From NCBI GenBank assembly GCA_043822925.1, contig JBDRBF010000008.1, forward strand, positions 25,129-89,128: a stretch of DNA of 64,000 nucleotides, written 5' to 3'. A program made the translations under genes and the position numbers. Shown in pieces: positions 22,021 through 32,100 of this stretch. The notes beneath the pieces are model-generated. The model saw only the letters and a list, made by a program, of their open reading frames with translations. It was not told the DNA's origin and did no database searches. Each line of letters begins with the position of its first letter. Position 1 is the first letter of the stretch. This stretch comes from a bacterium. GTDB taxonomy: Bacteria; Babelota; Babeliae; Babelales; RVW-14.

Positions 22021-23187
22021 ATGTCACTAAATACCATTCTCCCATTTATTTCATCAAAAATTCTTCCTCTTATTTTTTCTATTATAGGCTTTGGACTTCT
22101 CATTCTAGTCCATGAACTAGGACATTTCTTTTTTTGCAAAGCATTTAGTATACACACCCCAACGTTTTCCATCGGATTTGGATCAAAAATCATTGAAAGA
22201 AAAATTGGGGCAACAAATTTTAGAATATCTGCTATCCCCCTTGGTGGATATGTAGAAATAGCAGGACTCTCCGAAATAGGCCAAGGCGAACAAGAATCGG
22301 CACAAATAACAGGCGAGAACTCTTTCAATGAAAAACCTTTCTGGCAAAAATTTCTTGTTTTAAGTGGTGGAATACTTTTTAACCTTATATTTGCCTATTT
22401 TGTATTTTGCTGTGTATTCATTGTTGGAGAACCAAACAAGAAACAAATAATAACAATTGCACACATCGTTAAAGGCTCCCCTGCCGAAAAAGCAGGCCTA
22501 AAAGAAAAAGACGAAGTTTTACGAATTCAAGACGTCTCTCTCATCCCTGATTCAGAAAAAACCATAACGACATCATCAGCGCAAGCAACTTTTTTACAAA
22601 TAATACGCGACAACCCCACTAAACCAATCAATCTAATAATTCTCAGAGAAAACAAAGAAATCAAAATATCTGTTGTACCAGAATCAACACAAGAAAATAA
22701 CCTCACCGTTGGCAAAATAGGCGTTTTTCCGGTTATTCCAATGCCTCGCCTATCGATCTTTCAAGCAGCAACTCAAAGCTTTTGGACAACCCTTGACTGG
22801 ATAACAAAAATCACCGACGGTATAAAACACATGTTCCAATCAAAAAGCTTAGAAGGTGCTGGAGGCCCAGTACGCATCTTTGAACAAGGATTCAGATTCG
22901 CTCAAAACGGCATAATAGCTTTTCTACTTTTTTTGGCCATAATAAGCGTCAGTTTGGCTGTTTTTAATCTCCTCCCTCTTGGCATCACAGATGGCGGGCA
23001 ATTACTATTAACAACAATAGAAGCTATTATAAGACGACCAATCCCTGAATACATAAGACTCGCAATCAACGTGATCTCATTAATCCTATTTGCATTCTTA
23101 TTTATATACTTGACGTATAAAGACACTGTACAAATCTTCGGCAAGACTTTTATGAATATTTACAAAAAAATCATTCATTTATTTTAA
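22021..23187 (+). CDS. rseP: RIP metalloprotease RseP (M50 family, PDZ domain)
   Basis: HELGHF, PLGGYV, PDZ SPAEKAGL, FNLLP...DGG. Confidence 0.93.
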   Translation: MSLNTILPFISSKILPLIFSIIGFGLLILVHELGHFFFCKAFSIHTPTFSIGFGSKIIERKIGATNFRISAIPLGGYVEIAGLSEIGQGEQESAQITGENSFNEKPFWQKFLVLSGGILFNLIFAYFVFCCVFIVGEPNKKQIITIAHIVKGSPAEKAGLKEKDEVLRIQDVSLIPDSEKTITTSSAQATFLQIIRDNPTKPINLIILRENKEIKISVVPESTQENNLTVGKIGVFPVIPMPRLSIFQAATQSFWTTLDWITKITDGIKHMFQSKSLEGAGGPVRIFEQGFRFAQNGIIAFLLFLAIISVSLAVFNLLPLGITDGGQLLLTTIEAIIRRPIPEYIRLAINVISLILFAFLFIYLTYKDTVQIFGKTFMNIYKKIIHLF

Positions 23188-23229
23188 AATAATTCAAGCT
23201 GCTTATTTGAACCTTATCGGCTGGGATGA

Positions 23230-24084
23230 TTAAATTACGTCCCAGTCATGAGGATTCTGAATAAAATGCTCAACGACACACCGATTAAAATTATGACCAG
23301 TCTTACTCGCCTTTACATGACCAGCAAGAGCATGCCCAAGCAATCCCAAATCTCCAATTAAATCAAGTACTTTATGCCGTATACACTCATCCGGAAACCG
23401 TGGATCATTTATAAACTCATGCTCTCCAATCACTACCGTATTGCCAAGCGACGACCCCTGAGCCAGTCCATGTTTTTTCATGAACGGCAACTGATCTAAA
23501 AACCCAAACGTTCGAGCAGGCGCAATTTCTTGAATAAAACAATCATGCGTCACACAAGCACTAAAAAAATTTTTACCCACTAATGGATGTGTAAAATCTG
23601 ATTCATAATCGATATATAAATTTTTGTCATTATTACAGGCAGAGCTCACTGAAATCTTACGCCCCTGGTCGTCGTTAAAAATAAGCTCTTTTTTTGGCGT
23701 AAGATATTTTTTAGCCCCAATTTGATCTTCAAACCCACAATCCAAAATTTCCTGAACAAACGGTAAAGCACTGCCATCTCCAATAGGAATCTCCGCCCCC
23801 TGCACATCAATCGCAACATTATCTACGCCCAACATTATAAGCGCAGCGAGTAAATGCTCTGTCGTACTCAACACCCAACTTTTTTGCCGCACAACCGTTG
23901 CATGCATCGTTTTTTCCGGAATTATACGTCCAACATGTATAGGCTCATCCGGAAACTGAGCATTATAAAACACAATCCCATGATCAACAGAAGCAGCTCT
24001 TAAAACAATAGCTGTAGCCTTACCCGAATGGACCCCTATACCAAAAAGCATGATATTCTTTTTAATCGTCTTTTGCATGATCAC
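23230..24084 (-). CDS. lpxC: UDP-3-O-acyl-N-acetylglucosamine deacetylase
   Basis: GIGVHSG, TEHLLAAL, PIGDGSA, EIAPARTFGF, RHKVLDLIGDL. Confidence 0.95.
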   Translation of the reverse strand: MIMQKTIKKNIMLFGIGVHSGKATAIVLRAASVDHGIVFYNAQFPDEPIHVGRIIPEKTMHATVVRQKSWVLSTTEHLLAALIMLGVDNVAIDVQGAEIPIGDGSALPFVQEILDCGFEDQIGAKKYLTPKKELIFNDDQGRKISVSSACNNDKNLYIDYESDFTHPLVGKNFFSACVTHDCFIQEIAPARTFGFLDQLPFMKKHGLAQGSSLGNTVVIGEHEFINDPRFPDECIRHKVLDLIGDLGLLGHALAGHVKASKTGHNFNRCVVEHFIQNPHDWDVI

Positions 24085-24102
24085 TATGCATCTTTCAAAA
24101 GT

Positions 24103-24135
24103 AAAAAGGGCAACGCTGCTTGCACAGCGTTGCCC
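24103..24135 (-). terminator. Intrinsic terminator after rplM
   Basis: 11-bp stem GGGCAACGCTG/CAGCGTTGCCC followed by a U-tract on the minus strand. Confidence 0.8.
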
Positions 24136-24161
24136 AGATATTTCTTACGCTATAAATATTA

Positions 24162-24581
24162 CTAAACTTGAGCTTGATGAGGATGCTCGTTGCCAGCATA
24201 AACTTTCAGCTTTTTGATAATTTTATGCCCCATTTTTGTTCGAGGAAGCATGCCTTTAACCGCATGTTCAATCAAACGAGCCGGATCTTTAGCAAATACT
24301 TCACGAGCTGTACGTTCTTTCAAACCACCTCTCCACCCGGAATAAGACTTATAAATCTTATTATCAAACTTGCTACCAGATAATGCAATTTTATCACAGT
24401 TAACAACAACAACATAATCACCAGAATCCGTTTGAGGTGTAAAACCAGGTTTATCTTTACCACGCAAAATCATTGCGATTTGCGTTGCCAAACGACCCAG
24501 AATTTGCCCTGAAGCGTCAATCACACGCCATTGAGGATCACGTAGTTCATGTCTCAGTACAAAAGCTTTATTCATATCCAT
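24162..24581 (-). CDS. rplM: 50S ribosomal protein L13
   Basis: IDASGQILGRLA, LRGKDKP, AVKGMLP, KVYAGNEHPHQAQ. Confidence 0.98.
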   Translation of the reverse strand: MDMNKAFVLRHELRDPQWRVIDASGQILGRLATQIAMILRGKDKPGFTPQTDSGDYVVVVNCDKIALSGSKFDNKIYKSYSGWRGGLKERTAREVFAKDPARLIEHAVKGMLPRTKMGHKIIKKLKVYAGNEHPHQAQV

Positions 24582-24654
24582 AATAATGCCACCGGCTTCT
24601 ATTTTATTAACCAATAATTAAGTATAAACTTCAAAAATCTAACGAACAGCCATC

Positions 24655-24683
24655 AGTCTAGAAGAAAAAACTACATTGGTCAA
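24655..24683 (-). promoter_or_regulatory. Sigma70-type promoter for rplM
   Basis: TTGACC-17 nt-TAGACT on the minus strand. Confidence 0.6.
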
Positions 24684-24705
24684 CACAAACAACAATACTT
24701 TTCTT

Positions 24706-26415
24706 TCATGATTCACAGCCATATTTACCATCAATTATCGCTACTACAAACGCTTTAAACAATGGATGAGCCTTAAGAGGTGATGATAAAAATTCTGGAT
24801 GGAACTGCGTACCAAGCATAAATGGATGCCCCTTTATCTCTGCAATTTCAATCAAATCTTTATCTTTGAACGTACCTGAAAACACAAGGCCTGCCATCTC
24901 AAATTGCTCTTTGTATTTATTATTAAATTCATAACGATGTCTATGCCGCTCAAAAACCGTATTTTTTTGATATGCCAAATACGCCTGAGTCCCGAGCACC
25001 AAACTACACTCATACTCGCCTAAACGCATAGAAGCCCCCTTTTGAACAACTTCTTGCTGCTCGGCTAAAAGCGATACAACCGGATAAAGGGTGTTCTTAT
25101 CAACTTCTGTACTATGCGCACCCTCAAGCTTTAACATAGAACGTGCATATTCAATTAACAAAACCTGTAAACCCAAGCATAACCCAAAATACGGAATATT
25201 ATTCTCTCTAGCAAAACGAGCCGCCGCTATTTTGCCTTCAATCCCACGTTTATCAAAGCCACCAGGCACGACAATTCCATCAACTTTTTTTATTTTTTGC
25301 CATGCCGATTCTTGCTTATCTTGAGCTCCGATATTTTCTTTCTCAAGAGCTTCTGCATCAATTAGCTCAACATCTACCATTACACCACACGCATATCCAG
25401 CAGACCTCAACGCCTCAATAACGCTAATATATGGGTCATTATTTGTTACATATTTTGCAACAAGCCCGATAGATACACATTTTACGCACTGACCAATGCG
25501 TCCAATTAATTGTTTCCAGGCTGATAAATCAGACTCGCGCGCCTGGCTCAGCCCAAAATACTCTTGAATGCGGGCCCCAACCTGCTGCTCATCTAAATCA
25601 AGAAAAAGTTTATATATTGGATTAAAAGATAAAACCTGAAAAATTAACGTTTTATGTACTCCACACATAATAGCCAATTTTTTCGCAGCGTGATCTGGAA
25701 TAGGCTTAGCCGCACGTAAAAACAAACCATCTGGCATAAGCCCAGCTTCTTTAAGTGCATTAACACTATGTTGCGTTGGTTTCGTCTTAACTTCACCCGT
25801 CCACTCAAGATATGGCACATAACTCAAATGCCCATGAAATATGCTTCGAGGGTCCATTTCCATACGTATTTGACGAATCGCTTCCAAAAAAGTCTGCCCC
25901 TCCATGTCTCCAACCGTGCCACCAATTTCAAGCAAAACAAAATCAACATCATGCTTTTGAGCAAAGGTGAAAAATCTATTTTTTATTGCATCAACAACAT
26001 GAGGTACAAGCTGAATACATCTGCCTAAAAACTTCCCCTCACGCTCCCCCTCGATAATCTCTTTAAAAATTTGACCCGAAGATACAGACGAATCTTTAGT
26101 TAACCGAACACCTAGCGTACGCTCATAATGCCCTAAATCCAAGTCTGTCTCGGCCCCATCGCACGTCACAAATACTTCACCATGCTCAAGTGGAGACATT
26201 GTTCCCGGATCAACATTAAGATACGGATCCCATTTAACAACCGATACAGAATAACCAGCATTTTGGAGCAAAACACCTAACGACGATATCAAAACCCCTT
26301 TACCAATAGAAGAACAAACACCACCAGTAATCACAATAAGCTTTGTTTTTCGAATTTTCGATCTTTGTTCTTTGTACGCATCTATTTCACTATTCTTCAA
26401 TGCTTCTTGAGTCAT
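24706..26415 (-). CDS. pyrG: CTP synthase
   Basis: TGGVCSSIGKG, DPYLNVDPGTMSP, KTKPTQHSV, GLCLG, ERHRHRYE, QFHPE. Confidence 0.98.
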   Translation of the reverse strand: MTQEALKNSEIDAYKEQRSKIRKTKLIVITGGVCSSIGKGVLISSLGVLLQNAGYSVSVVKWDPYLNVDPGTMSPLEHGEVFVTCDGAETDLDLGHYERTLGVRLTKDSSVSSGQIFKEIIEGEREGKFLGRCIQLVPHVVDAIKNRFFTFAQKHDVDFVLLEIGGTVGDMEGQTFLEAIRQIRMEMDPRSIFHGHLSYVPYLEWTGEVKTKPTQHSVNALKEAGLMPDGLFLRAAKPIPDHAAKKLAIMCGVHKTLIFQVLSFNPIYKLFLDLDEQQVGARIQEYFGLSQARESDLSAWKQLIGRIGQCVKCVSIGLVAKYVTNNDPYISVIEALRSAGYACGVMVDVELIDAEALEKENIGAQDKQESAWQKIKKVDGIVVPGGFDKRGIEGKIAAARFARENNIPYFGLCLGLQVLLIEYARSMLKLEGAHSTEVDKNTLYPVVSLLAEQQEVVQKGASMRLGEYECSLVLGTQAYLAYQKNTVFERHRHRYEFNNKYKEQFEMAGLVFSGTFKDKDLIEIAEIKGHPFMLGTQFHPEFLSSPLKAHPLFKAFVVAIIDGKYGCES

Positions 26416-26619
26416 ATTAGCTACTCCCTTTTTCTTTTTTAACAAGCAAAAACGTCACTCGGTTTCTGTTTCATTTTGCAATTATAAACAAGCAGTTTAA
26501 CAAAATAATAAAAAAAGTTGATAATAAAACACATTTATTTAAACTAACCCTACAAATTAAATCGCTATTAAATCGTTACAACAATATTTTAATTAACTTA
26601 TTAACAAAAAGGACACACC

Positions 26620-27594
26620 GTGCTGCATAATCCAAATAAAACTTACCACGCTCTTGGTATAACTTTAATCATACTTACAACGATGTGTACAACGATGTGT
26701 AGCAAAACATACACAACAGAAACAACGCAAACAAACGTACTCCAAGATCAAACCAATCATCAAATCCAAGAAAACACTACACTCGATACGCAACAAACCA
26801 TAAAGCTCATCAATAAAATAGTCACACAATTCAAAGCGGTCTCCGAGTCTCTCATAAAAAAAATAAAGGCAGCAAACATCGAACAACAAAACTATTCAAA
26901 TGAAGACTTAGAAAAATTAATCGAAGAGACACTCAATATCGCCTCTTTCCAGGATTCGGCCGAAACACCAGACATTGCAAACCTTAAAAACATCCATACC
27001 GCTCTTATCAATAACCTCAAGTCCTACAAAGTAACCGGTTATTCTTTTGCTATAGTTCCTAATCTTGCTTTATTTTATAATTCACAAAAGCCAGAATTTG
27101 TCATCACCTACATGGATCAAAACGGAAACGAAAAAACAAGAGTCTATCAGACCGAGCTTAACTCTATTGGCCTAAAATACGCAGCTACCGTTAACTTCGA
27201 CTTCATGTTCTTCGTCAACACTGATGCTGATTTTTATACCACAAATAAAAAAATTATATTTGGAAAAGGAATAAGCTTTAGCGCCAATTCCCCGCTATTT
27301 CTCACCAGCTTGCTCGGTTTAACACCTCGAATACGCTGTGACTTAAGCGAGACCCAACAATCCGCGATTCTTGAACGAGGAGACTCATTCGACCTCCTTA
27401 ACGAAATAATAAAGCATTCAAAACGGACGGCTTGGGACAAAACTTACAAAGTCCTAGATTATTTGGAAATCACCTATGTTTCATTCGCTAATATGCCTGG
27501 TGGCATGTTTATGATTAACATATTACCACCACTTCTCCCACATGGAAACCTTCTAAGTATTGTGACTGGAGGATCGTTAACTCCTATAAATTAA
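26620..27594 (+). CDS. Secreted or membrane-anchored hypothetical protein
   Basis: 324-aa ORF; AAGGA RBS before GTG; hydrophobic N-terminus; no family recognised. Confidence 0.75.
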   Translation: MLHNPNKTYHALGITLIILTTMCTTMCSKTYTTETTQTNVLQDQTNHQIQENTTLDTQQTIKLINKIVTQFKAVSESLIKKIKAANIEQQNYSNEDLEKLIEETLNIASFQDSAETPDIANLKNIHTALINNLKSYKVTGYSFAIVPNLALFYNSQKPEFVITYMDQNGNEKTRVYQTELNSIGLKYAATVNFDFMFFVNTDADFYTTNKKIIFGKGISFSANSPLFLTSLLGLTPRIRCDLSETQQSAILERGDSFDLLNEIIKHSKRTAWDKTYKVLDYLEITYVSFANMPGGMFMINILPPLLPHGNLLSIVTGGSLTPIN

Positions 27595-27606
27595 CAAAAT
27601 ATATTT

Positions 27607-28929
27607 TCAGCTTTTTTTCATAAAATTTTCTATTTCACGCGCCTGTTTAGGTAACTCAGGGCTTAAACAAACGGCCCCATCAAGGGTCATAAGAAAGTCG
27701 TCTTCAATACGAATTCCCAAATTTTCTTCAGGAATATAAAGACCCGGCTCAATTGTAAAAACATCACCTGGTGCTAGTGGAATTTTAGAATCACCAACAT
27801 CATGAACATCCAGCCCAAGAAAATGACCAATACCATGAGGAAAGTATTGCGCAAGCCCATGCTGCTCAAAAAAACGCACCGCACAATGATGCAAAGATCG
27901 TTCTTGCTCGTCGTCACTTCTTAAAAACATGCCCGGCTTGGCACAATCCTGAACGTGTTTTTGAGCAGCTAAAACAATATTATATATTTGTGCTTGGCGC
28001 TCAGTAAATTTGCCATTAACGGGATACGTTCGGGTCAAATCAGCTGCATACCCACAAAACTCCGCACCTATATCGATTATAACCAAATCACCATCGTTTA
28101 ATTTTTGATTACATTCTGTGTAGTGCAAAATCGTGGCATTACGCCCCGTTGCAACAATGCTTGGAAACACACAATGCATGTTATTACTCGTAAATACATG
28201 CTCTATTGTTGCTCGTATTTCGTTTTCATATTTTTTAGCACATATTTGCTGAGCTGCTGCCTGGTGCGCTACGCGTGTAACCTGAATAGCGCGGCGCAAA
28301 CAGTCAAGCTCATGTGTGTCTTTGCTGCGACGCTGATGGTAAAACACCTGCGAAATATCACGTTTGGCTGAAGCAAGATGGGGAATCTGTTGATCGAAAC
28401 TTTTAAAAAGCTGTACTTGTTCTAGATTATTATCGGCTAGAAGCGTAAAAACAAGCGTATGTTCTGTTATAAAACTTGTAATATCTTGTAAAAAATACGT
28501 GTAAAGCTCAGGTTTAAAAATAACTGGCGCGGGATACGAATACCCGGATAAGATGGGATCGCTTAAAGTTTTGATTTGATCAAAACAAAAATCAACTGGA
28601 TTACTTTCAGGACTTACCTGTAAAACTACCCACTGAGCACGCTGGCCACCAAAAGACGGCACATACAAAACTTCTTGCACAGAATCTGGTCCATCAAAAA
28701 AAACACAAGCTATTGTTGCGGGCTCTTTAAGCCCCGTCAAATAATAAAAAGAACTCTCCTGCCGAAATAAATGACGTCTACCCTCAAAGCCAGCTCCAAC
28801 GACTATAACCCCTCGTTGGGATTTGCCATATTTTTCAAACAAAGACGCTAATAAAACTCGTCGACGACATTTAAAAATAGAATAATCAATAGAGTTAACA
28901 AACTCAGGATTCGTATGAACAATAGACAT
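27607..28929 (-). CDS. pepP: Xaa-Pro aminopeptidase (M24B)
   Basis: FRQESSFYYLTG, NATILHY, DIGAE..YAADLTRT, HGIGHFLGLDVHD, TIEPGLY, GIRIEDD. Confidence 0.93.
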   Translation of the reverse strand: MSIVHTNPEFVNSIDYSIFKCRRRVLLASLFEKYGKSQRGVIVVGAGFEGRRHLFRQESSFYYLTGLKEPATIACVFFDGPDSVQEVLYVPSFGGQRAQWVVLQVSPESNPVDFCFDQIKTLSDPILSGYSYPAPVIFKPELYTYFLQDITSFITEHTLVFTLLADNNLEQVQLFKSFDQQIPHLASAKRDISQVFYHQRRSKDTHELDCLRRAIQVTRVAHQAAAQQICAKKYENEIRATIEHVFTSNNMHCVFPSIVATGRNATILHYTECNQKLNDGDLVIIDIGAEFCGYAADLTRTYPVNGKFTERQAQIYNIVLAAQKHVQDCAKPGMFLRSDDEQERSLHHCAVRFFEQHGLAQYFPHGIGHFLGLDVHDVGDSKIPLAPGDVFTIEPGLYIPEENLGIRIEDDFLMTLDGAVCLSPELPKQAREIENFMKKS

Positions 28930-28996
28930 TTTGACTCTCCCCAAAAATCTAAACTCACGAACTAATCACACGATAATATTAACAAAACAAAAAAAG

Positions 28997-31384
28997 TTAC
29001 TCTCCAAACTTAGCTTTAGTAACATCTGGAAGTTTGTGTTTTTTAGCAAAAGAACCCAAAGAATCAAATCGAGCTGAAAATACAATAGCTTGTTCTTTCC
29101 GATTATTTCCAAATTCCCGATACTTTTTTTCTTCATACCCAACAGACAGCCCCCAACAATGGCCATTATACTCAAACTGAACACGATGAATTAATGGCTG
29201 GATATCAACAAAACCAAAAAGAGACTTGCCACGCTCCGAAGAAAACTGAGCATCGTATCGCAGCATGCCATACTCACCAATCGGAACAGCAAAACCACAT
29301 AAAATAAAATGAGGAATATTAGAAAACAACTCACGCATAATACGCATAGATTCATGCTGAAAAAGATATCCAGCCATCAAATGAACTTTACCAACCAAAA
29401 CATCTGTTTTAAGCAACGTCTGTAGCATTTTCTTTTGTGGAACTTCATACTCCTGCACAACAGAAAAGCCAACTTTTTCTGAACGGGCACTAAAAGCTAT
29501 TTGCAACGGCAACAAATGCTTTTGAGAGACAGGCCTACGCAATGGAAAAAGATCTTTAGAATTATAAAAATCATACCCCTGAGTTATTGTAAAATCTAAA
29601 GTTGTATTATTAATAGAAAAATTGTTTCTTAAATCAAAATTAAGTACATTTTTAGGATAAATACGATCCCAATGATCAATATGATACCAATGGTCTTGAA
29701 ATATTCTTGGTACATACTCCCAACTAAAAACAGGTTGTACATAATGGACATAACTCAAATCTTGATTATGCACCATCCCCTCAGGCAATGCCCACTGAAT
29801 ATCATACTCGAAAGATAGCCGACTAGCCCCGTGAGAAAACAAATGTGATTCTAACGCACTATTTCCTCTCATAACTCCTCTATCAAGCGCACTTCTGACC
29901 TGCGCATATGGGCGAATCGAAAAATCGACTATATTTTGCGAAATATTCACAGAACGAGATAACGCTGACTGATAATTAAAGCGAATAAGCTTTTCCGAAT
30001 TTAATGGAATAATCTTTGATTCTTGAGCCAATAACGACTGAAAATAATACTTATCTGTCTCAAATTCTCGATGATATACCTGATCAACACCAATATCATG
30101 CCGATATAAAAAAAACTTTGATACATCAAAATAAGTACAATTCAACTCAATATGGGGAAGCATTACTGTTTGAGAAAAACTTTCAATCTCTTTTTTATGA
30201 AATGTTTTAATTGGAATCTCAACACCTTTTACACGAAATTCATCAATAGTTTTCTTTACAGACAACTCTTCACTTGGCGTAAGATCAACAAAACTTTGAC
30301 GAAACGTCTTATTGCTATCAACCCGCGCCTCAACCAAATTAGTTGACCATAAACCACGCGTAACCCATGAATTATCAAAAGAATCATCAATATCATCAAT
30401 ACTATTAAAAAATTGATACCCAATATACTTATCTGTTCCAAAATCAAATTTAACTAAACTACTTACATTACCGCCTAAAAAATCATCGAATGAGCGAAAA
30501 TCCTTTCCAGTCATCCAATAGCGATTTCGCGTTTTGGCTAACACGGTACCTTTTCTTTGTGTGAACGAGTTTTTTGCAATAGCATAACATCCATAAAGTT
30601 CAGTAAAACTTGTCGCACTACGTGCCCACCGAAACTCATCCGAGAAAACTACCCCTTTTTTATCTCGCCAGCTCAAGCCAACTGTTGTATCACAATATTG
30701 ACTAAACGATTGGTAATACTCCTGCTTAAAACCAAAACCATTATAATAATCAAAGTAAAACTTGGGAATTAACAACCCGGAACGAGATTGACCCTGAATA
30801 GGAAAAACCATCGTCGGCAAAATAAAAACAGGAATCTTACCTATCTTAAAAATAACCCCATTAACACGAATAAAATAACCACCATGCAGCATCGCTTTTA
30901 CAGCATATAGGCTCCAATGATGATCATCATGATCACAGGCTGTATAATACATGTGTTCTATACGCCACCGACTCGCATCAATTTTTTCAGCCCGCCGAGC
31001 AAATACATACCCATCTTGCACATGTATTCTAATGTTTTTAGCAACGCCAGTTTTATTTTGCAAGTTAAGTTCAAAACTATCTGCAAGCATCACAAGATCA
31101 TTATTCTCAATAATAACAGCTCCTGACTCTTTTCTTTGAGCTAAAAGCTTATATTTTTGCTTATCGACATCAACACGATCGGCCCTGATATGCAATTTCT
31201 TATCAAAAAAAACCTCAACGTCTTCCTCAAAAACAAACTTATTTTTACCGACAATTTTTTGAGATAAACTTTTAATTTCCAAGCGCTTTGCTGACGCCAA
31301 CAAATTTCGGGTACCCGCACGCAAATGGGTACAAAAACAAGAAAATACAACTAAAAGTAAAATACTAATTTTTTTTTGATTCAA
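28997..31384 (-). CDS. lptD: LPS-assembly outer-membrane protein LptD-like
   Basis: Signal peptide; OstA-like N-terminal domain; YTAC...WSL and RSGLLIP motifs; C-terminal HCWGL barrel motif. Confidence 0.75.
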   Translation of the reverse strand: MNQKKISILLLVVFSCFCTHLRAGTRNLLASAKRLEIKSLSQKIVGKNKFVFEEDVEVFFDKKLHIRADRVDVDKQKYKLLAQRKESGAVIIENNDLVMLADSFELNLQNKTGVAKNIRIHVQDGYVFARRAEKIDASRWRIEHMYYTACDHDDHHWSLYAVKAMLHGGYFIRVNGVIFKIGKIPVFILPTMVFPIQGQSRSGLLIPKFYFDYYNGFGFKQEYYQSFSQYCDTTVGLSWRDKKGVVFSDEFRWARSATSFTELYGCYAIAKNSFTQRKGTVLAKTRNRYWMTGKDFRSFDDFLGGNVSSLVKFDFGTDKYIGYQFFNSIDDIDDSFDNSWVTRGLWSTNLVEARVDSNKTFRQSFVDLTPSEELSVKKTIDEFRVKGVEIPIKTFHKKEIESFSQTVMLPHIELNCTYFDVSKFFLYRHDIGVDQVYHREFETDKYYFQSLLAQESKIIPLNSEKLIRFNYQSALSRSVNISQNIVDFSIRPYAQVRSALDRGVMRGNSALESHLFSHGASRLSFEYDIQWALPEGMVHNQDLSYVHYVQPVFSWEYVPRIFQDHWYHIDHWDRIYPKNVLNFDLRNNFSINNTTLDFTITQGYDFYNSKDLFPLRRPVSQKHLLPLQIAFSARSEKVGFSVVQEYEVPQKKMLQTLLKTDVLVGKVHLMAGYLFQHESMRIMRELFSNIPHFILCGFAVPIGEYGMLRYDAQFSSERGKSLFGFVDIQPLIHRVQFEYNGHCWGLSVGYEEKKYREFGNNRKEQAIVFSARFDSLGSFAKKHKLPDVTKAKFGE

Positions 31385-31983
31385 AACGGCCTTCTGCCAG
31401 ATAATGCTTTAGAGATAGTAACGCGATCCATGTACTCTAGACTAGACCCAATGGGAACACCACTGGCCAGCTTTGAAATGACAATATCAAGATTTTGATC
31501 AATTTTTGAAACAATATAACTGGCCGTTGCTTCACCTTCTGGCGTCGGATTTGTTGCAAAAATTATCTCTTTTACAGAGACATCCAAACGCTTGATCAAC
31601 AAATTAATAGTCAAATGCTCCGGCCCAATCCCCTCCATAGGACACAAAGATCCTCCAAGAACATGATAACGCCCCCGAAATTCACCTAATTTCTCTATCG
31701 CCCATAAATCGTGCCATGTTTCTACTATACAAATAACGCTGTCAATACGATCTCGAGCTGAACAAATAGTACAAAGTACATCCGTCTCAGTCCAATTACA
31801 GCACTGGCTACACATTTTAATCTTATTTTTTGCTTCAAGAATAGTCGCACACAATTGTTCGATATTTTGTTTTTCATCAGCAAGAAAATGAGTAGCAACA
31901 CGATATACATTCTTTGACGCTAAATAAGGCACGCGCTGTAAACATCTAATAAGCTTTTGAAGTGTTGGTATTTGTCGAAACAT
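31381..31983 (-). CDS. recR: Recombination mediator RecR
   Basis: C4 zinc finger, YHVLGG, ATNPTPEGEATA, GVPIGSSLEYMD. Confidence 0.97.
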   Translation of the reverse strand: MFRQIPTLQKLIRCLQRVPYLASKNVYRVATHFLADEKQNIEQLCATILEAKNKIKMCSQCCNWTETDVLCTICSARDRIDSVICIVETWHDLWAIEKLGEFRGRYHVLGGSLCPMEGIGPEHLTINLLIKRLDVSVKEIIFATNPTPEGEATASYIVSKIDQNLDIVISKLASGVPIGSSLEYMDRVTISKALSGRRPF

Positions 31984-32016
31984 AGGTTACATCACAATTA
32001 TATTATATTTTTATAT

Positions 32017-32047
32017 TTATAGAGGGCCCCTACTGGACCCTCTATAA
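32017..32047 (-). terminator. Hairpin or terminator between yidC and recR
   Basis: TTATAGAGGG/CCCTCTATAA inverted repeat. Confidence 0.55.
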
Positions 32048-32051
32048 AATC

Positions 32052-32080
32052 TGCCATCCCGGACCCCGATCAAGGACCCA
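32052..32080 (+). repeat. Degenerate copy of palindromic repeat family 1
   Basis: TGCCATCCCGGACCCCGATCAAGGACCCA resembles the 54511 and 57871 copies. Confidence 0.5.
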
Positions 32081-32100
32081 AGTCTCTTAAATTATTATAT

